Shown here one piece after another: positions 1 through 12,593 of a DNA stretch of 64,000 nucleotides. This DNA comes from Scyliorhinus canicula (lineage: Eukaryota). The position numbers and the translations under genes are program-made. The number at the start of each line of letters is the position of its first letter. The stretch's first letter is position 1. The stretch lies in NCBI RefSeq assembly GCF_902713615.1, contig NC_052151.1, forward strand, positions 151,051,050 to 151,115,049, in the 5' to 3' direction. The notes beneath the pieces were generated by a model. The model saw only the letters and a list, made by a program, of their open reading frames with translations. It searched no databases and was not told the origin of the DNA.

Positions 1-530
1 TTTCTCAATCGTTTTTCTTTCAAGCCGTAAATCTCCCTGGTTAGGCAGAGATGCTATCAGTCCTTTGGATCACCTAGGTCCTAAATCCAGCATTGCATTT
101 CCAACAAATTGGGGCCGAAAATATCTTTAAGCTGAAGGGTAAATGTAAAAGTCTAACTGCGCACCAGGAAAAGTGATCTGCTCCAGCAAGATCTGGCCCA
201 ACATTTTATGGCCAAGTCAACCACAACATATCTAAAGCCTAAATTTAAAAATTTTTACAGAACTACCAGGAGAGACAAAAGGCTGATTGATCTGCTCCAG
301 TTGAAGTACTAGAGAAAAAAAACATCCTGACAAGCAAATCCATCATAATTTAAATACAAGAAAGTTGAATAATGACTTCCATACATTATAATTTAGTAAT
401 TTTCCTTCTCTTCTAAGAGTTCACTAACATTTTAGTGCCCCAGAAATATGATGCAAAATTTACTGACGTTATTTTTTGTTTTGTATACCTTCTTTATTAC
501 AATCTTCATGAAGAAGAAAAAGTAACTCAC

Positions 531-620
531 TATTATAAGGATATCAGGTCTGACACTGGGAATCTCCGCTGCCATCAAGTGTCTATCCTCTTGTCGTGAA
601 AAATCTCCAGTGTACAAAAT
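531..620 (-). CDS. CPSF3: CPSF3 (CPSF73 endonuclease) coding exon 6; gene continues beyond left edge
   Basis: Translates [30 protein letters not shown]; CAG acceptor, GTGAGT donor; 90 nt, phase 0/0, in frame with exon 5. Confidence 0.97.
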
Positions 621-789
621 CTGCACGGAAGCAATTAGTGATTTGTTAAAAATATCGACAGTTAGAGTTTTGTAGACATTGAAATAATAAAAACATTTCT
701 GTCCAGGTATTTAAAAAATATATATTTTTATTAGGGTATTTGCTAATTTTTATAATAATAACAATAACGGTGACATAAACATGGTACAA

Positions 790-1530
790 TAAACATTTCC
801 ACCCCATCACAATCTTCACACACCTCAACCATAAAACAACAATCCGGCCCTCTCCCCCCCCCCCCGCCCTTTGGAATTCTGCTGCTGCTGACATTTTAAT
901 TTTCCCTGAGAATTCGATAAATGGCTGTCACCTCTGGGCGAACCCAACATTTGACCTTCTTAAGGCAAACTTTATTTTCTCGAGATTGAGAAACCCAGCC
1001 ATGTCACTAACCCTGGTCTCTACGCTCGGGGGCTTTGAGTCCCTCCACATTAATAAGATCCATCTCCGGGCTACCAGGGAGGCAAAGGCCAAGACATCGG
1101 CCTCTTTCGCCCCCTGAACTCCCGGCTCTTCCAACACTCCAAAGATTGCAACTTCTGGACTCGGCACCACCCGTGTTTTAAGTATCGTGGACATTGCCTC
1201 AGCAAAACCCTGCCAAAACCCTCTAAGCTTTGGGTATGCCCAAAACATGTGGACATGATTTGCTGGGCTTCCCACGCACATCACACACCTGTCCTCTACC
1301 CCAAAAAACTTGCTCATCCGGACCACAACATGTGTGTCCGGTGGACTACCTTGAATTGTATCAGGCTAAGCCTGGCACACAATGAGGATGTATTAACCCT
1401 GCCTAGGGCATCCACCCACAGACCCGTCTCTATCGCTCCTCCTAGCTCGTCTTCCCACGTGCCCTTAAGTTCCTCCACCGGAATTTCCTCCGATTCCAAA
1501 AGTTCCTGGTAAATATCTGATATTTCTGGC
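790..1530 (-). mobile_element. L1-clade LINE, 3' fragment of ORF2 and 3'UTR
   Basis: ORFs 928-1326 and 1314-1556 carry the zf-RVT/CCHC region (QFKVVHRTH, C..C...H.FW, ARRWILL.W). Confidence 0.85.
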
Positions 1531-1944
1531 CAGGTATAATGAGCCAAATCTATCATACATTAAAAATAATAGGTGGGTCACAACATTCTATTTTATGATG
1601 CACTAAAAAACTTCCATGTCAATCTGGCCCATAGGAAAATCCTAATATAAAAACATCCACATCAATATGTAGCATCAGTTTCACCTACAGCAGTGTTCAG
1701 ATGTTTTTCACATCAAGCATTTGCTGATATTGGTAATACCATAATCACCTATTCCAAAATTAGCCATACGCCCCACACAGAGGAACTATTTCAACACCCA
1801 CTACCTCTTGAGTCTAATTATAATTAAACACTCCTACCCCACTCACTAATCCAATTAGCCAGAAGACAGCACTTGATCTTGACAATACATGTGCAAAGCC
1901 ACAGAAAATCCACTATCATAATACAAAAATGCATTATAAATGAC

Positions 1945-3300
1945 TGAGAATTGAGAATGTTACACCCTTGTTCAAAAAGGGGGTAGTTTGGCCAGTTTGA
2001 CTTTATTGGTAGGGAAACCTCTGGAAACTATAGTTTGGAACAAAACCAAGAGTCACTTAGACAGGTGCCGGATAACTGAGGAAAGCCAGTATGGATTCAT
2101 TAAGGGAAAATTATGTTTAACTAACTTGCAGGAGTTTTGGAGGTGGGAACAGAGAAGGTTGATAAGGGCAATGTTGTTGATGTGGTGTATATGGATTTTC
2201 AAAAGGCGTTTGATACAGTGCCACACAACAGACTTGTGAACAAAATTCTAGCTCATGGAATAAGAGAAAGTAGGCACTTGGATAGGAAATTGGCCGAGTG
2301 ACAGGAAATGGAGAGTAGTGATAAATAGTGTTATTTTTCAGATTGGAGAAAGGTTTATAGTGGAGTTCCCCAAGGGTAAGTGTCGGGACTGTTGCGCTTC
2401 CTGTTATTTATCAATGTGTTGTGCAACGCGTGATTTCAAAATTTGTGGATGATACGAAGATTGGAAGTCCCGTCAACTGTGATGAGGATAGGCTTGAACT
2501 TTAAAAGAATACAGACATATTGGTGGATTGGGCAGACAAGTGGCAGATGAAGTTCAATGCAGGTAAGTGTGAGGTGATTCATTTTGGCAGGAAGAATGTA
2601 GAGAGACAATATAAATTAAAGGGAGAATGTCTTAACAAAGGAACCTCAGTGTATAATTACATAAGTAATTGAAGATGGCAGGGCATGTTGAGAGAACAGT
2701 TAATAATGGATATGGTATCCTTGGTTTTATTCAGTACAAGAGTAAGGTGGTCATGTTGAACTTGTGTTAGATACTAGTTAGGCCTCATCTGCAATAGTGT
2801 GTCTGGGCGCCATACTTGAGGAAGGATGTGAAGGCATTGGAGAGAGCACAGAGGAGAATCACATGAATGATTCCGGGCATAAATAACTCTAGCTTTGAGG
2901 ATAGATCGGAGGTGTTAGATCTGCTTTCCTTCGAGAAAAGAAGGCTGAGAGGAGGTCTGATAGAGCTAGTCAAGTTCCTGAGGGGGTTGGACAGGGTAAA
3001 TAGTGAGAAACTGTTCCCAAGCAAGAGAGCATCAAGAACTAGAGGGTATAGTTTCAAAATAATAGGCAAAAGGAGAAATGATGAGGAAATATTTTTGACC
3101 CAGAAAGTGGTTGGAGTCTGGAACAAACTTTCAGATTCGATTGAGGTATTCAAAAAGGAACTTAATTGCTACCTGAAAAAAATAATGTGTAAGGTTATAG
3201 AAATAAGGCAGTAGAGTGGGATTAGGTAGAACACTCTTTCAGTGAGCCAGTAAAGACTCGATGGGTTGAATGGTGTCCTTCTGCACTGTAAAGATTCTGT
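1945..3300 (+). mobile_element. Degraded 5'-truncated CR1 LINE
   Basis: Frameshifted RT motifs (SQYGFIKGK, YMDFQKAFD, EKRRLRGGLIE) and a CR1-type 3' end. Confidence 0.85.
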
Positions 3301-3347
3301 GACGTTCTGACAACAGGGTGACAACAGAAATGCTCGGCCATCATTTA

Positions 3348-3719
<372 letters not shown>

Positions 3720-4303
3720 TTACTTTGCTGTACCGTGCTCCCAGGAAATTCCAGATTAGAGAGCTAATTTGTGCAGCAGCTGCTTGCGTTATACAGTCAT
3801 CCAGCAGCAAAACTGGAAAATGCACTTGTGGAGACCAGTCGAGGATGGAACTGGGCTGGGGTTTCATGCCTCTGACGTTCAAAATCTTTCCAACAGTCAT
3901 TAGCAGTGCTCTACAGAAACTCATTCAGTCAAATCAAGAGCTTAATACACACCTCAATACGTGCCAATGTGTCAAATTAAAAGATCAGACTTTTACAGAT
4001 TTGGCATTCAAATTCAAAAATACCCCCTTTTCTGTAAAGTGCTAAAAGGCAGGGTGCACTGGAAGACAAGGGTGGAGTAATTAATCTCAGCTCAACTGGA
4101 CAAGGAAGAAGTAAGGAGGTTGTTTGTGTACATTTAAGCTGTCAATTTTCAGGAAGATTTTGCAACGCTGTGATGTAAGGAAGTCACCCTTATTCAGCAA
4201 CAGCAGCTGAAGAATCAATTCGGCAGAGGGGAAGTTTGGGTACAGCATGATTAATTTAGTACTAAGAAAAACATCAAATATGAAATACACAGACTTCCAC
4301 TCA

Positions 4304-4522
<219 letters not shown>

Positions 4523-5419
4523 CTACACATATATTTACTTATATCACTCGCATCACTAATATTTCTGAAATTTTTTTCTGACCCTTTTAGGTGATCAAAA
4601 GTAAACCAAGCAATCACTGGCTTATACTATATGGTATCGATCCCTTGCATCTATGTGATATGTGATCTATGTCCCCTGCCAGAAACAGGTCCATCTCGGT
4701 CTTAAAGGAATACAGTGAATCAGCTTTCACCACACAAGCCAATAACCTGTGCATAGGCCTATTAGCCATTGGGAAAATAAAAACTACCCAACAACCAATC
4801 TAGTCCTCCCTTATGGAATTTGTAGTGTGCCTCCTGGTTAGGTCCAACCTATCCAGTTGAAATAATTTATCTCTGTAAATACAATCTAGTCTCACCATCA
4901 TCACCTTATAAACCTCAATCAAGTTGTTGCCAATGATCACATCTCTTGAGTGTACAGCACTAGCTCATTAAGCCTGTCAGGATAGCTAAGAATCATAGGT
5001 ACACTTCCAGGTGGAAGGGATTATTAGCAAAAGTCAGAATTCTCAGAAATGGAAATAAAGTTGTAGAATGGTTCAGTATTTGGTTAGAAGGTAGTGACAT
5101 GGAGTAAAGATAAAGGAAATGTTCTCTAACTGGCAAGCCAGGGATCATCACATATATCAAAGATTTAGATTGAAAAATACAGGACTGTTACAACTGAATC
5201 CCAACAAAACTTAAACTCGTTCTCACAAACTGTGAGGTTCAGTAACCTGCTCAACAAATTGATTATGTACAATATTTGCATCTGAGTCAATGCTATTCCA
5301 AGAGCATCTCGTGATGGTGAATAGTGATTGGATCAGGAAAAGTAAAACCTTTGCTGCAATTCTCTTTTTGAAGGCATTTTGTAATTTCTAAGCTTTGAGA
5401 AAGGAAGCAATTTCACTTA

Positions 5420-5575
<156 letters not shown>

Positions 5576-6024
5576 TTAATGTGTAATCAGATAGACATCT
5601 AACACAACCCGTAACATTATATAAATAAATCTCCTTAATTGGACCATACTGCCACCATTTCAAACTTGTATTTAGTTGTTTATTCAAATTTATAGAGGTG
5701 CCATTCCACTGGCTAGAGTCTAAATAAAACAGGGGGTCATTTTGATGTATTCATCAGCAGCCAAACTTATTTTGCTCCAGCCCGCTATCAACTTATGCTA
5801 AGTGAGACTAGTACAAAAGTCAACTTTTTCAAACAACATGCATCATATCAACAGATGTGCTGTAGAGTAGGCTTGCCAGAATTTTCTTGCATAGGTTTTT
5901 TTTACAAATCTCGGCACAAACTGTCCAAGTAAAATATGAAATAATTGTTTAATTTCTGCCAGCTGATCAACTTTGACAACCCATAACTGATCCTGAAGCA
6001 AACTGTATACTTTTGCTGTTATCA

Positions 6025-6120
<96 letters not shown>

Positions 6121-6219
6121 TCAAAAACTATGAAAAGCAACACTTTCTACTGTATAAATTTAAAGAACTATAAATAAAAAACATTTTCCAATGACATTAT
6201 AGGTCACTGGGTGAAAACG

Positions 6220-6600
6220 GAAGCTTGAATTTTGCCATCACTGCCACAGTGGTTTGTTCTAAAGAGAAAGTGCTGCTGCAGATGACTCCAATGTTAAAGG
6301 CAACACGGGTGATGGATTGTGTCCTATCTGCAGTCTCCTCAAAGCAAGACTCTCAAGGTCTCAGCTGTACATTGACAGGGAAGTGGCAAGCTGATAAGGT
6401 TCCCGAGGTGGTATTGGAACTTGAGATGGGTTTGGAGAGAGGGGGTGAGTGGATAGGAGAACTGAGTGTGTGGGGTGGGAGGTGAGGGAAAGAGACTGTG
6501 GCTGGGTGACTCTGTTGGTTGGAGACTTAGTGGGGTGAGGAACATCTGGGTGGACTGAGGAAGACGATGGCTGAGGAGTTGCCTCGATGGTCGCGAGTGG
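6220..6600 (-). mobile_element. Degraded Penelope-like retroelement fragment
   Basis: Resembles PLE ORF N-terminal sequence common in sharks; no intact frame. Confidence 0.4.
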
Positions 6601-6685
6601 GAATTTCCTCAATGGGGGGGGGGGGGGGTCTCGCTGGGGGCTCCATCGTGGGGCGGTGGAGCGGGGTGGGGGTTTCTGGTGTCTT

Positions 6686-6845
6686 GGAGGGGGCTGGTCT
6701 GGGGGTGGAGAGGGGCCTGGTCTGGGGGTGGAGAGGGGCCTGGTCTGGGGGTGGGGAGGGGGCTGGTCTGGGGGTGGGGAGGGGCCTGGTCTGGGGGCTG
6801 GTGTGGGGGTGGGGGCTGGTCTGGTCTCGGGGGGGGGGGGGGGGT
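6686..6845 (+). repeat. 23-bp G-rich minisatellite (GGTCTGGGGGTGGRGAGGGGSCT, 4 copies plus partial) with poly-G runs, in CPSF3 intron 1
   Basis: Units start at 6696, 6719, 6742, 6765 and 6788; poly-G at ~6614-6628 and ~6829-6844. Confidence 0.9.
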
Positions 6846-6849
6846 ATTT

Positions 6850-7130
6850 GGAGTCGAGGTTTCTCGCGCCTGACCCGCCTCCCCCGGTCTGTGGCGGCCG
6901 CAGCTTCGTATTCCGATGTGCCGGGTGTGGGGAAAGGCCACGGGCGGGGAACTCACAGCGGGCGGATCAGTAGCTGGTCGCTCTCCTCGGCCGGGACGAA
7001 AACCTCCGCTTTCCGTTTGGCCGCCATGTCTGGCTCAGCAGCGGGGACACTTCCGGTCCCACCACCAAATGTGTCCGGCTGGAAACCGCCTCACTGGGCG
7101 GGGCCTGGGGGAGCAGAGAAAGTGAAACAC
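6850..7130. promoter_or_regulatory. CpG-rich bidirectional promoter shared by CPSF3 and ITGB1BP1
   Basis: CpG-dense; ETS/GABP site CACTTCCGGT at ~7048-7057; GC box GGGCGGGGCC at ~7096-7105; YY1-like ATGGCGGC over the CPSF3 start; the two genes diverge from here. Confidence 0.75.
6957..7027 (-). CDS. CPSF3: CPSF3 coding exon 1 (ATG at 7027-7025)
   Basis: MAAKRKAEVFVPAEESDQLLIRP(L); GTGAGT donor at 6956; strong Kozak context gacATGG; phases consistent through exon 6. Confidence 0.96.
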
Positions 7131-7194
7131 TGGAAGCTGCAAGACAGCAAATATTGAGCAGGATGATTTCAGCATTTCTGTAAGAGCCTATCAG
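7110..7194 (+). other. ITGB1BP1: Putative non-coding exon 1 of ITGB1BP1 (5' end approximate)
   Basis: CAG|GTAATT donor at 7194/7195 just downstream of the promoter; the start-codon exon has its own acceptor at 22446-22447, so an upstream UTR exon is required. Confidence 0.55.
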
Positions 7195-8389
7195 GTAATT
7201 TTCTTTTTGAAAGGTTTTACATATAGTTTAATGTTCTGTCAACGTTATTACAGATCTGGTATCGAGAGAATGTGTGAGGAAGTGAGGGGTTGCAGAGAGT
7301 GGTTGGTCTGAATGTGAAAACAAATGAAAATCGCTTATTGTCACAAGTAGGCTTCAAATGGAGTTACTGTGAAAAGCTCCTAGCCGCCACATTCCAGCGA
7401 CTGTTCGGGGAGGCTGGTACGCGATGTATGTGTTGCTGGGCCTGTCTTGTGCTCCTGTTAATCAATCGGCTGTAAATCAATGTTTTACTCAGAAACTGTG
7501 TTCCACCTAATCCTTTCAATCCTGATCGTTCACCATTGAAATATCCTTCAGCTAAAAGTAATTTGTACCAGTTGGGCCGGCTGTACTTAAAAGTTGTGAT
7601 AGTCACCAGGACTGGTCAGATACAACCAAGGATACTGTGAGCAGTGAGAATGTCAATTTTGAAACTGTACCATGTACACCCAAGTCGTCAATCTAAATGA
7701 AGAAAAGCAATATTCCTAATAATCAACTCATGGGAATGCCACTGCATAACTTCCATAAGACAAAAAAGTGACTGTTTACCACTAACCTCTGTTTCCTGCC
7801 ACTCGGTCAACTTCAAATCCATGCTGCTACTGTCATTTTTAGAGAGACACTGGCTATAATTTTCCAATCCTCTGTAGAATCAGGGTGCCAGATGGCTGGA
7901 TAAATTTTAAAAAGGGTGTAAAGAAATGCCTAGCAACTGCAGGCCAATCAGTTTAACTTTGGTGGTGTGGAAACTTCTAGAAATTATAATTTGAGACAAA
8001 ATAAATAGTTAGTTGACAATATACCAAGAACAGTACAGCACAGGAACAGGCCCTTAGGCCCTCCATGCCTGCGCCGATCACGTGCCCAATCTAGTCCAAT
8101 CGCCTGTATCCTTCTATACCCCGTCTGTTCATGTGCCTATCCAGATAAATCTTAAAGGTTGCTAACGTATTTGCCTCAAACACCTCACTTGGCAGTGCAT
8201 TCCAGGCCACTACCACCCTCTGTGTAAAAAAACGTTCCCCGCACATCTCCACTGAATCTTTCCCCCCCCCCCCTCACCTTGAACTTGTGCCCCCATGTAG
8301 AACATAGAACATAGAACGATACAGCGCAGTACAGGCCCTTCGGCCCTCGATGTTGCACCGACATGGAAAAAATCTAAAGGCCATCTAAC

Positions 8390-11293
8390 CTACACTATGC
8401 CCTTATCATCCATATGCTTATCCAATAAATTTTTAAATGCCCTCAATGTTGGCATGTTCACTACTGTTGCAGGTAGGGCATTCCACGACCTCACCACTCT
8501 TTGCGTAAAAAACCCACCTCTGACCTCTGTCCTATATCTATTACCCCTCAATTTAAGGCTATGTCCCCTCGTGCTAGCCACCTCCATCCGCGGGAGAAGG
8601 CTCTCGCTGTCCACCCTATCTAACCCTCTGATCATTTTGTATGCCTCTATTAAGTCACCTCTTAACCTTCTTCTCTCTAACGAAAACAACCTCAAGTCCA
8701 TCAGCCTTTCCTCATAAGATTTTCCCTCCATAACAGGCAACATCCTGGTAAATCTCCTCTGCACCCGTTCCAAAGCTTCCACGTCCTTCCTATAATGAGG
8801 CGACCAGAACTGTACGCAATACTCCAAATGCGGCCGTACTAGAGTTTTGTACAACTGCAACATGACCTCATGGCTCCGGAACTCAATCCCTCTACCAATA
8901 AAGGCCAACACACCATAGGCCTTCTTCACAACCCTATCAACCTGGGTGGCAACTTTCAGGGATCTATGTACATGGACACCGAGATCCCTCTGCTCATCCA
9001 CACTACCAAGAATTTTACCATTAGCCAAATATTCCGCATTTCTGTTATTCTTTCCAAAGTGAATCACCTCACACTTCTCCACATTAAACTCCATTTGCCA
9101 CCTCTCAGCCCAGCTCTGCAGCCTATCTATGTCCCTCTGTAACCTGCAACATCCTTCCGCACTGTCTACAACTCCACCGACTTTAGTGTCGTCTGCAAAT
9201 TTACTCACCCATCCTTCTGCGCCCTCCTCTAGGTCATTTATAAAAATGACAAACAGCAACGGCCCCAGAACAGATCCTTGTGGTACGCCACTCGTAACTG
9301 AACTCCATTCTGAACATTTCCCATCAACTACCACTCTCTGTCTTCTTTCAACTAGCCAATTTCTGATCCACATCTCTAAATCACCCTCAATCCCCAGCCT
9401 CCGTATTTTCTGCAATAGACGACCGTGGGGAACCTTATCAAACGCTTTACTGAAATCCATATACACCACATCAACTGCTCTACCCTCGTCTACCTGTTCA
9501 GTCACCTTCTCAAAGAACTCGATAAGGTTTGTGAGGCATGACCTACCCTTCACAAAACCATGCTGACTGTCCCTAATCATATTATTCCTATCTAGATGAT
9601 TATAAATCGTATCTTTTATAATCCTCTCCAAGACTTTACCCACCACAGACGTTAGGCTCACCGGCCTATAGTTACCGGGGTTATCTCTACTCCCCTTCTT
9701 GAACAAAGGGACCACATTTGCTATCCTCCAGTCCTCTGGCACTATTCCTGTAGCCAATGATGACCTAAAAATCAAAGCCAAAGGCTCAGCAATCTCTTCC
9801 CTGGCTTCCCAGAGAATCCTAGGATAAATCCCATCCGGCCCCGGGGACTTATCTATTTTCACCTTGTCCAGAATTGCCAACACTTCTTCCCTACGCACCT
9901 CAATGCCATCTATTCTAATAGCCTGGGTCTCAGCATTCTCCTCCACAATATTATCTTTTTCTTGAGTGAATACTGACGAAAAGTATTCATTTAGTATCTC
10001 GCTTATCTCCTCAGCCTCCACACACAACTTCCCACCACTGTCCTTGACTGGCCCTACTCTTACCCTAGTCATTCTTTTATTCCTGACATACCTATAGAAA
10101 GCTTTTGGGTTTTCCTTGATCCTACCTGCCAAAGACTTCTCATGTCCCCTCCTTGCTCGTCTCAGCTCTCTCTTTAGATCCTTCCTCGCTTCCTTGTAAA
10201 TATCAAGCGCCCCAACTGAAACTTCATGCCTCATCTTTACATAGGCCTCCTTCTTCCTCTTAACAAGAGATTCCACTTCTTTGGTAAACCACGGTTCCCT
10301 CGCTCGACCCCTTCCTCCCTGCCTGACTGGTACGTACTTATCAAGAACATGCAATAGCTGTTCCTTGAACAAACTCCACATATCCAGTGTGCCCAACCCT
10401 TGCAGCCTACTTCTCCAACCAACACATCCTAAGTCATGTCTAATGGCATCATAATTGCCCTTCCCCCAGCTATAACTCTTGCCCTGCGGGGTATACTTAT
10501 CCCTTTCCATCACTAACGTAAAGGTCACCGAATTGTGGTCACTGTTTCCAAAGTGCTCACCTACCTCCAGATCTAACACCTGGCCTGGTTCATTACCCAA
10601 AACCAAATCCAATGTGGCCTCGCCTCTTGTTGGCCTGTCAACATATTGTGTCAGGAAACCCTCCTGCACACATTGTACAAAGAATGACCCATCTAATGTA
10701 CTCGAACTATATCTTTTCCAGTCAATATTTGGAAAGTTAAAGTCTCCCATAACAACTACCCTGTTACTTTCGCTCTTTTCCAGAATCATCTTCGCCATCC
10801 TTTCCTCTACATCCATAGAACTATTAGGGGGCCTATAGAAAACTCCCAACAGGGTGACCTCTCCTTTCCTGTTTCTAACCTCAGCCCATACTACCTCAGA
10901 AGAAGAGTCCCCATCTAGCATCCTTTCCGCCACCGTAATACTGTCTTTGACTAGCAGCGCCACACCTCCCCCTCTTTTGCCCCCTTCTCTGAACTTACTA
11001 AAACACCTAAACCCCGGAACCTGCAACAACCATTCCTGTCCCTGCTCTATCCATGTCTCTGAAATGGCCACAACATCGAAGTCCCAGGTACCAACCCATG
11101 CTGCCAGTTCCCCTACCTTATTTCGTATACTCCTGGCATTGAAGTAGACACACTTCAAACCACCTACCTGAACACTGGCACCCTCCTGCGAAGTCAAATC
11201 TGTGCTCCTGACCTCTATACTCTCAATCTCCCGTACCCTAAAACTACAATCCAGGTTCCCATGCCCCTGCTGAATTAGTTTAAACCCCCCCAA
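8390..11293 (-). CDS. CR1 ORF2: APE endonuclease plus reverse transcriptase, uninterrupted (~967 aa)
   Basis: YFNARS, SETW, GDFN and SDH endonuclease motifs; [24 protein letters not shown] and FADD RT motifs; no stops; no Met before ~residue 125. Confidence 0.95.
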   Translation of the reverse strand: MGGFKLIQQGHGNLDCSFRVREIESIEVRSTDLTSQEGASVQVGGLKCVYFNARSIRNKVGELAAWVGTWDFDVVAISETWIEQGQEWLLQVPGFRCFSKFREGGKRGGGVALLVKDSITVAERMLDGDSSSEVVWAEVRNRKGEVTLLGVFYRPPNSSMDVEERMAKMILEKSESNRVVVMGDFNFPNIDWKRYSSSTLDGSFFVQCVQEGFLTQYVDRPTRGEATLDLVLGNEPGQVLDLEVGEHFGNSDHNSVTFTLVMERDKYTPQGKSYSWGKGNYDAIRHDLGCVGWRSRLQGLGTLDMWSLFKEQLLHVLDKYVPVRQGGRGRAREPWFTKEVESLVKRKKEAYVKMRHEVSVGALDIYKEARKDLKRELRRARRGHEKSLAGRIKENPKAFYRYVRNKRMTRVRVGPVKDSGGKLCVEAEEISEILNEYFSSVFTQEKDNIVEENAETQAIRIDGIEVRREEVLAILDKVKIDKSPGPDGIYPRILWEAREEIAEPLALIFRSSLATGIVPEDWRIANVVPLFKKGSRDNPGNYRPVSLTSVVGKVLERIIKDTIYNHLDRNNMIRDSQHGFVKGRSCLTNLIEFFEKVTEQVDEGRAVDVVYMDFSKAFDKVPHGRLLQKIRRLGIEGDLEMWIRNWLVERRQRVVVDGKCSEWSSVTSGVPQGSVLGPLLFVIFINDLEEGAEGWVSKFADDTKVGGVVDSAEGCCRLQRDIDRLQSWAERWQMEFNVEKCEVIHFGKNNRNAEYLANGKILGSVDEQRDLGVHVHRSLKVATQVDRVVKKAYGVLAFIGRGIEFRSHEVMLQLYKTLVRPHLEYCVQFWSPHYRKDVEALERVQRRFTRMLPVMEGKSYEERLMDLRLFSLERRRLRGDLIEAYKMIRGLDRVDSESLLPRMEVASTRGHSLKLRGNRYRTEVRGGFFTQRVVRSWNALPATVVNMPTLRAFKNLLDKHMDDKGIV

Positions 11294-11677
11294 AGAGCAC
11301 TAACAAATCTCCCCCCCAGGATATTGGTGCCCCTCAGGTTCAGATGTAGACCATCCTGTCTATAGAGGTCCCACCTTCCCCAGAAAGAGCCCCAGTTATC
11401 CAGAAATCTGAATCCCTCCCGCCTGCACCATCCCTGTAGCCACGTGTTTAATTGCTCTCTCTCCCTATTCCTCATCTCACTATCACGTGGCACGGGCAAC
11501 AACCCAGAGATAACAACTCTGTTTGTTCTCCCTCTGAGCTTCCATCCTAGCTCCCTAAAGGCCTGCCTGACATCCTTGTCCCCTTTCCTACCTATGTCGT
11601 TAGTGCCAATGTGGACTACGACTTGGGGCTGCTCCCCCTCCCCCTTAAGGACCCGGAAAACACGATCCGAGACATCA
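11275..11677 (-). CDS. CR1 ORF1 C-terminal SGNH esterase domain (5'-truncated)
   Basis: VVVHIGTNDIG and DGLHLN motifs; ends WGGLN*; upstream sequence belongs to the older element. Confidence 0.88.
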
Positions 11678-11849
11678 ATGTAATTGTCATTTCCACCCAT
11701 AGAAAAAGCCTCCAACTGTTCACCCTATCTATACCCCTAATAATTTTATAAACTTCTGTTGGTTGCCCCTCAGCCTCCGTCTCTCTAGGGAGAATAATCC
11801 CAATTTATTAAATCCCTCCTCATAGCTAATACCCTCAATACCAGGCAAT

Positions 11850-12186
11850 TATAGAAATTACAGTGCAGAAGGAGGCCATTCGGCCCATCGAGTCTGCACC
11901 GGCTCTTGGAAAGAGCACCCTACCCAAGGTCAACACCTCCATACTATCCCCATAACCCAGTATCCCCACCCAACACTAAGGGCAATTTTGGACATTAAGG
12001 GAAATTTATCATGGCCAATCCACCTAACCTGCACATCTTTGGACTGTGGGAGGAAACCGGAGCACCGACGCACACACACGGGGAGGATGAGCAGACTCCG
12101 CACAGTCAGTGACCCAAGCCGGAATCGAACCTGGGACCCTGGAGCCGTGAAGCAATTGTGCTATCCACAATGCTACCGTGCTGCCC
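11850..12186 (-). mobile_element. tRNA-derived SINE (HE1/V-SINE-like) with CR1-type tail
   Basis: Head GGGCAGCACGGTAGCA, B-box GGTTCGATTCC, conserved V-like core, CR1-like 3' end. Confidence 0.85.
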
Positions 12187-12593
12187 ATCCTGGTAACATC
12201 CTGGTAAACCTTTTCTGTGCTCTCCAAAGCCTCCATGTCCTTCTGGTTGTGCAGTGACCAGAACTGGACACAGTATTCCAAATGTTTCCCAAACAATGTA
12301 CTATATAATTATTTTTTTAAAAATTGTAACAATTTTTGAGCTTTTATGCTCGATATCCCGTCCTATGAAGGCAAGCATGTCATCTGCTTTCTTTGCCACC
12401 ATTTCCACCTGTGCTGCCACTTTGAAGGATCTGTGGACCTGCATGCCCAGATTTCTCTGTGTGCCTGTGCCCCAGATGGTTCTGCAATTACTTTGTAGCT
12501 CCCACCTTAATTAGACCTACCAAAATGTATCACCTCGCATTTGTTTGGGTTAAATTCTATCTGCCATTTCTCTGCCCAATTTTGCAGCCAATT

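Larger units (their letters stand above)
8300..11677 (-). mobile_element. Young CR1 LINE, 5'-truncated within ORF1
   Basis: (TTCTATG)n-type tail at ~8300-8320; ATGTA TSD at 8295-8299 and 11678-11682; intact ORF2; partial SGNH-esterase ORF1. Confidence 0.95.

Noticed and set aside
6567-7157. 196-aa Gly-rich plus-strand ORF and overlapping ORFs
   Set aside because: Artefact of the G-rich minisatellite and CpG island, antisense to CPSF3 exon 1; no recognisable domain
8397-11683. Several plus-strand ORFs of 80-145 aa
   Set aside because: Antisense shadows of the CR1 ORFs
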